Shown here: in pieces, positions 59,517-64,000 of the stretch
How the letters are laid out: each line of letters opens with the position of its first letter
Numbering within the stretch: position 1 is the stretch's first letter
Origin: a virus
Length of the DNA: 64,000 nt
Direction: 5' to 3' (one strand)
IMG/VR virus record: IMGVR_UViG_3300008267_000054
Span: 52,440-116,439 of that record
Notes under the pieces: model-generated
Seen by the model: only the letters and a program-made list of their open reading frames with translations
Told to the model about the DNA's origin: nothing
The model's database searches: none
Translations under genes and position numbers: made by a program

Positions 59517-61388
59517 ATGACATTAGACGATTTGTTATCGGAGGTATCCTACCGATTACCGAAAGGGTATCCAACAATCGTAAATGGAAAGTTTGTTGAT
59601 AGGGAGGAAGTTCTCCTTATCAACAAATTTTTATTGGAATATGGTTTTAGTGAATTACCAGTGCCGGAAGCAGCAAAAGTTAAAAGTACACCATCCAAAT
59701 TTGAAGAATGGTATAGTAAGCAAAATGAAACATTCATAACTCCATTTATGGAAACTGTACCTTTGGTTGAAGCAATGGTACCAGGAACAGTTACGTTGGA
59801 TGTTATAATTAAAACTGTTGAGGGTAATAAGAACATGGATTGGAAGCCTGAAGCATTAAAAGCTATCAGCGCAGTTAAAAGATTTCAAAATGACCCAGCA
59901 AGTGTTGACTTCATAAACAATAAATACCTAAAGGGCAAGTCTAATATTGGTTCACCTATAGTACAAGAAGGTGTCAACATGAAACAGTTAAATGGCAACA
60001 AGCCAATTGATTCTTTTATACATGGTAAAATAAACGAATTTTATAACTACATTGAAACCGGTGAGGTTAATAAAGTATTTACTGCAGATGTTATCCTTTT
60101 TTGGGGTGTAGATGATCCGTTTGATACGGAAGTACTTGGTGCAGTTGCAGAGAACCTTACAAATCCAAAAATTGTTAAAGATGTGCTTGTAGATCTTGGC
60201 AAAGGTAGACTGATGGCCTGTGTTAGTTTAAAGGCAAGTAGAGGTAGAATTGGTAAAATGACCCAGTACCTATCACGCTACGGTAATGTTGGTGATGATG
60301 TGCAAACTGAGGGTATTGGTGATAGTGTAAAAGCATTGCTCAGCAAATTAGCGCAAACAAAGATTGGACAAACTGTTATAAAGGCTTATAATAAACTTAA
60401 GCAGATGTTTTCATCACTATATGATTCAGTAAAAAATGCTGTATCACCGAGTAGTAAGTCGGTATCAGATTACAATAGTGTGTCAACATCGTTAAAAGAA
60501 CTAAATAAACTTGTAGATGAAGCACCAATTGACGAAGTTGATGGTGATGCTGTTGTGTGTTCTACTTGTATGCAGGCTAGGTTATTAGAAATAAAGCCTT
60601 ATGTTGACAAAGTATTAGAAGGTAACTCATTAGCAACTCTTGAATCAAACCTCAAGACCATAGCAAAAGATGGTTTATTTGTAACAAAATTTACTAATTT
60701 AGAGCCAACTGCTAATGAAATGAAGCAAGGTCATGCTAAATTGAAAAATATTTATACAGCAATAGCGAAAGCAAAACCTGCGCAGGCTGCCGGTAAGGGT
60801 AAATGTGCACCATTAGTTGTTAACGGTAAACCGTTAAAAGTAGCAAGAACTGATCTTAAAAATGTTATTTTTACAAATGGCAATGCAATAGCCTTTGAGT
60901 TGATAACAAACATTATTAATGATGCGTTCAAAGACATAGACATTAATAATCTAAAGGAGAAGAGAGACGCCTTAATAAAATTAGCAGTAACGTTTTCTGC
61001 AGAAATGGTGTTTGGCAAATCGGGAGCGTTACCTTTGGCCAAGTACACTGGTAAAAAGCTTGAAAAGCTAGGCACAAAGCAACAGTACATTGATAAAAAA
61101 TCAAAAAGTGCAAATAATCTCGTTAAAGGTAATACTGATTTACCTGTACTAGCATTAAAAATATACCCATCAGGAGGTAAAAAAGGTGAAACCCCTTACT
61201 ACTTTAATGTGTATTTTTACACTTTATACACAATCGAGGAGCCCAAGCGTAATGAGTACACACCTGAGGATGTTTCATATGCTGTTATTGCATTCAAATG
61301 TAATAGTGGTAGCAAACTAGCATTTGCAGTTGAGGCTGATAAAGAAGTTAATGGTGTAGGCTTGAAAAAGGATTTACAATCAACTTAA
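59517..61388 (+). CDS. large hypothetical protein with possible PD-(D/E)xK-like nuclease motif
   Basis: 623 aa; TADVIL...CVSLK; leader MTLDDLLSE. Confidence 0.5.
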   Translation: MTLDDLLSEVSYRLPKGYPTIVNGKFVDREEVLLINKFLLEYGFSELPVPEAAKVKSTPSKFEEWYSKQNETFITPFMETVPLVEAMVPGTVTLDVIIKTVEGNKNMDWKPEALKAISAVKRFQNDPASVDFINNKYLKGKSNIGSPIVQEGVNMKQLNGNKPIDSFIHGKINEFYNYIETGEVNKVFTADVILFWGVDDPFDTEVLGAVAENLTNPKIVKDVLVDLGKGRLMACVSLKASRGRIGKMTQYLSRYGNVGDDVQTEGIGDSVKALLSKLAQTKIGQTVIKAYNKLKQMFSSLYDSVKNAVSPSSKSVSDYNSVSTSLKELNKLVDEAPIDEVDGDAVVCSTCMQARLLEIKPYVDKVLEGNSLATLESNLKTIAKDGLFVTKFTNLEPTANEMKQGHAKLKNIYTAIAKAKPAQAAGKGKCAPLVVNGKPLKVARTDLKNVIFTNGNAIAFELITNIINDAFKDIDINNLKEKRDALIKLAVTFSAEMVFGKSGALPLAKYTGKKLEKLGTKQQYIDKKSKSANNLVKGNTDLPVLALKIYPSGGKKGETPYYFNVYFYTLYTIEEPKRNEYTPEDVSYAVIAFKCNSGSKLAFAVEADKEVNGVGLKKDLQST

Positions 61389-61403
61389 AAAAACATAAAC
61401 AAA

Positions 61404-62183
61404 ATGAACAAACAAGAATTTCGCAAACTAATACGTGAAGAGATTAGAAAAGTGATATCAGAAGTAGGCGGTGCAACAAATACCAATGCTACATACAAAG
61501 TTGATATCATTACATCAGATTTTACACCTGAGGAAGTGAAGGCAGTATCGGGAGATCCTATGATGATTGCAAAAGCTCTGAAAAAAAGGGCTCTTAAAGG
61601 ACTTGAACCTGATGATTTTGATGCAGAGTTTATTAAAGCACACAAGCTTGATAATGACACCTACATTGTTTCAACTGGTGAGGAAACTGCTACTGTTGTT
61701 GGAAAGCCATCATCTAAACTATATGGACAGTTTTGGTCATTGTTACAAAGTGGTGATATGGCTAGAGCAGAGAAGATGTGGTATCAGATGGATAAGGCAT
61801 CTTTGAAAGCACAGGAGATAGATGAGACTACGAGGATGATGAGTGAAGTGGATGTAAATCCAGATCCCAATGATGAGTTTTCAGGCTCTGCTAATTTTGA
61901 CAAATACAAAAACAAAGCTGTCGCTGTACTCTATTCCGAGTATGAAGGTGAATGGATGGATGTAAACCCTGATTGGGACCAAGATTTTGTACCATTTCAA
62001 AACTATCTATATTCAAAATACACAGATGGTAAAGACTTTGTTTTGGGTATTGGTATGGGTGATGATATTTTCAATGCATTAGCAATTCTAAACCCTGCAG
62101 TCGCAAAGGATCCAACTGTAAAAAAGTACATCAAAAAGATAATGTCTTATGGTGGCCTTGAGATAGGTAGGGGTAATCTGTAA
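61404..62183 (+). CDS. hypothetical protein, MNKQEFRKLIREEIRKVISE leader
   Basis: 259-aa ORF. Confidence 0.72.
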   Translation: MNKQEFRKLIREEIRKVISEVGGATNTNATYKVDIITSDFTPEEVKAVSGDPMMIAKALKKRALKGLEPDDFDAEFIKAHKLDNDTYIVSTGEETATVVGKPSSKLYGQFWSLLQSGDMARAEKMWYQMDKASLKAQEIDETTRMMSEVDVNPDPNDEFSGSANFDKYKNKAVAVLYSEYEGEWMDVNPDWDQDFVPFQNYLYSKYTDGKDFVLGIGMGDDIFNALAILNPAVAKDPTVKKYIKKIMSYGGLEIGRGNL

Positions 62184-62205
62184 TAAAAACAAAAAATAAA
62201 TTTTC

Positions 62206-62242
62206 AAAAAGGCTTGCTTATGTAAGCCTTTTTTAGTATATT
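62206..62242 (+). terminator. intrinsic terminator overlapping a TTG-N20-TATATT promoter
   Basis: AAAAAGGCTTGC-TTAT-GTAAGCCTTTTT; TTG 62214-16 and TATATT 62237-42. Confidence 0.8.
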
Positions 62243-62248
62243 TAGGTT

Positions 62249-62719
62249 ATGGGAAAATTTAATTGGTGGAGACGCCATAAGACTAGGACTTTACTTAAAA
62301 GAAAGGATGCCTTCAAAGGACAATCATTTCTATTACAACAAATCCTACACGGAGATTATGAACACTCTGACTACTTGAAACAAGCTAGACAAGAGCTGAA
62401 GTATGCTGATCGTGATAAAATGCAAACAGCAAGTACTTGGATTGCAAGTGAAGACTCCCTAAGACACAAACTAGATGAGATTGATCGCAAATACATAAAG
62501 CGACACAACAAGTTAATGGAAGATTATGATCGAGAAGAGTTCAACATGCTCTTTGGATTGAAATCTAGTCTATTAAAAGAATTCGCTGTTGATGTTTGGG
62601 AAGAATCTTTAGAAAAGGTTGGTGAAGGTGATATAAAAGCCTTATATTATACCTACGCAGAGTTAGCAATTAAAAAAATACGTGAATATGAACAAATATC
62701 AGTCAACGAAACTGTTTGA
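62249..62719 (+). CDS. hypothetical protein (FNWWRR N-terminus)
   Basis: 156-aa ORF. Confidence 0.7.
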   Translation: MGKFNWWRRHKTRTLLKRKDAFKGQSFLLQQILHGDYEHSDYLKQARQELKYADRDKMQTASTWIASEDSLRHKLDEIDRKYIKRHNKLMEDYDREEFNMLFGLKSSLLKEFAVDVWEESLEKVGEGDIKALYYTYAELAIKKIREYEQISVNETV

Positions 62720-63152
62720 CGGTTACTCTACTTGTTTCCGTCAATGGAAGGCGACAGGCACACACTGTCAGTACTTACATGGCTATGCTATATCCTTTAG
62801 AGTGTGGTTCGAAGGTGAACTAGATCACCGTAATTGGGTATGGGACTTCGGTGGAATGAAGAGAGCCAAAACACAAATTAACGATATGCAACCAAAACAA
62901 TTCTTTGATTGGTTGCTGGATCACACTACGATTATAGCAGAAGATGATCCATATCTAGAACGATTTAGAGAAATGAATGAAGTAGGTATCATTCAATTAA
63001 GAGTGTTACCAGCAACTGGATGTGAACAATTTGCAAAATACTTATATACTATTATAAATGATTTTACCATTACAGAAACTAACGGACGAGTTAAAGTCGT
63101 TAAGGTGGAGGTATACGAACATGAACGTAACGCAGCAAACTATGGAGAATAA
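62688..63152 (+). CDS. queD: 6-carboxy-5,6,7,8-tetrahydropterin synthase (QueD/PTPS family)
   Basis: HC..LHGY, WVWDFG, LDHT, GCEQFA and VEVYE motifs. Confidence 0.88.
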   Translation: MNKYQSTKLFDGYSTCFRQWKATGTHCQYLHGYAISFRVWFEGELDHRNWVWDFGGMKRAKTQINDMQPKQFFDWLLDHTTIIAEDDPYLERFREMNEVGIIQLRVLPATGCEQFAKYLYTIINDFTITETNGRVKVVKVEVYEHERNAANYGE

Positions 63153-63366
63153 AGAAACAATGTTATCCCTTTATGATTATTTAGGGAAAGCAGCCGGACC
63201 TGAATTAGGTAAAGCAGTATGGAATACTGCAAAAGCACAAAAGATTAAACCTGAAGAAAGAGAAGTATCTACACCAAAATACTCAGGTAAGATTTTAATG
63301 TATCCAAAATCGTTTTTGGATCAGTATTTTGGTAGAAAGAAACAAACTAACGACTTACCATTTTAA
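63142..63366 (+). CDS. small hypothetical protein (SLYDYLGKAAG...YP..FL)
   Basis: ATG 63142 overlaps the end of queD. Confidence 0.65.
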   Translation: MENKETMLSLYDYLGKAAGPELGKAVWNTAKAQKIKPEEREVSTPKYSGKILMYPKSFLDQYFGRKKQTNDLPF

Positions 63367-63368
63367 TT

Positions 63369-64000
63369 ATGAGCGTAATAGACCCAAACAAATTATTAAT
63401 TAGTTCGGACTTCTACTCAGTACAAGGGGAAGGCATCTCATCAGGTGTTCCTTCCTACTTTGTACGTTTAGCAATCTGTAACTTGGCTTGTGGAATGTCC
63501 ACAAAGTTTCTTAACAAGATTAAGAAAGACAATAACCTAGAAGATGGAGAAATCTTTGTAGGTGACCTTCATGCAGAAGGTAAAGCTACTTGGACTTGTG
63601 ATTCTACATCACAATGGGCCATTAGAGGTGAAAACAAAGACTTCCAATACCTAATGGATAGGTGGAATGAGGAGGGTGTGTATGATGACATTCGTACCGG
63701 TCTAGTTCACGTAATTTGGACCGGTGGTGAACCAACTATTGCAGGACATCAGAAAGCAATTGTTGGATTTCACAATTACTTCTCAAACACTGAGCACTAT
63801 AGTAATCGTTGGCATGAATTCTCACCTTACTATGAGATTGAAACCAATGGAACAAATTATATTGAGGATGATTTAATGTCAATTCTTGATCAGATTAACT
63901 GTTCACCTAAACTAGCCAACTCTGGTATGACAATCAAGCAGAGAATTGTACCACATGCTATTGAGCGTATTATGGAACACGACAACTATCAATTCAAGTT
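63369..64000 (+). CDS. queE: 7-carboxy-7-deazaguanine synthase (radical SAM), 3'-truncated by the window edge
   Basis: Hand translation: FYSVQGEG...FVRLAICNLAC...WTCDS, TGGEP, EIETNGT, SPKL; adjacent to queD. Confidence 0.88.
   Translation, partial: MSVIDPNKLLISSDFYSVQGEGISSGVPSYFVRLAICNLACGMSTKFLNKIKKDNNLEDGEIFVGDLHAEGKATWTCDSTSQWAIRGENKDFQYLMDRWNEEGVYDDIRTGLVHVIWTGGEPTIAGHQKAIVGFHNYFSNTEHYSNRWHEFSPYYEIETNGTNYIEDDLMSILDQINCSPKLANSGMTIKQRIVPHAIERIMEHDNYQFK

Noticed and set aside
2988-61660. Many minus-strand and alternate-frame ORFs in the track (e.g. 2988-3572, 26789-27280, 43747-44373, 45807-46316)
   Set aside because: They are shadows of well-supported + strand genes, often mirroring repeats or codon bias, with no motifs or promoters of their own
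1-64000. Stop-codon recoding (TAG/TGA), as in some Bacteroidota phages
   Set aside because: Long conserved genes are intact under code 11 and TAG/TGA end real genes (e.g. 2413, 3025, 7171); the recA break also changes frame, so readthrough does not explain it

Overview
The window is 64 kb of an AT-rich, large T4-like myophage genome, with almost all genes on the + strand. The host is probably Bacteroidota: non-structural genes carry TTG-N19/20-TAnnTT promoters and I see no consistent Shine-Dalgarno motif. Gene order: (1) small head-associated ORFs; (2) terminase, portal, protease, scaffold and major capsid; (3) PhoH; (4) neck and tail terminator; (5) about 13 kb of S/T/G-rich fibre genes; (6) a glycosyltransferase and methyltransferase; (7) sheath, tube, chaperones, tape measure and baseplate; (8) replication genes (family A polymerase, SSB, broken RecA/UvsX, 5'-3' exonuclease, DnaB-like helicase, class II RNR, dUTPase); (9) the start of a 7-deazaguanine pathway (QueD, QueE). 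The leads most worth testing are a [ST]-[GA]-S motif enriched in virion surface proteins next to a GT/MTase pair (candidate virion glycosylation system), and two shared N-terminal leader motifs ending in protease-type L/I-x-E sites on about a dozen unrelated proteins (candidate capsid cargo tags). Others are a late-gene motif TATTTATA (reverse complement of the T4 late promoter), two structured 5' leader RNAs, a +1/-2 chaperone frameshift site, a hidden 59-aa minus-strand gene, and a QueE with a CX3CX35C motif. All calls come from reading motifs by eye; no database searches were run.
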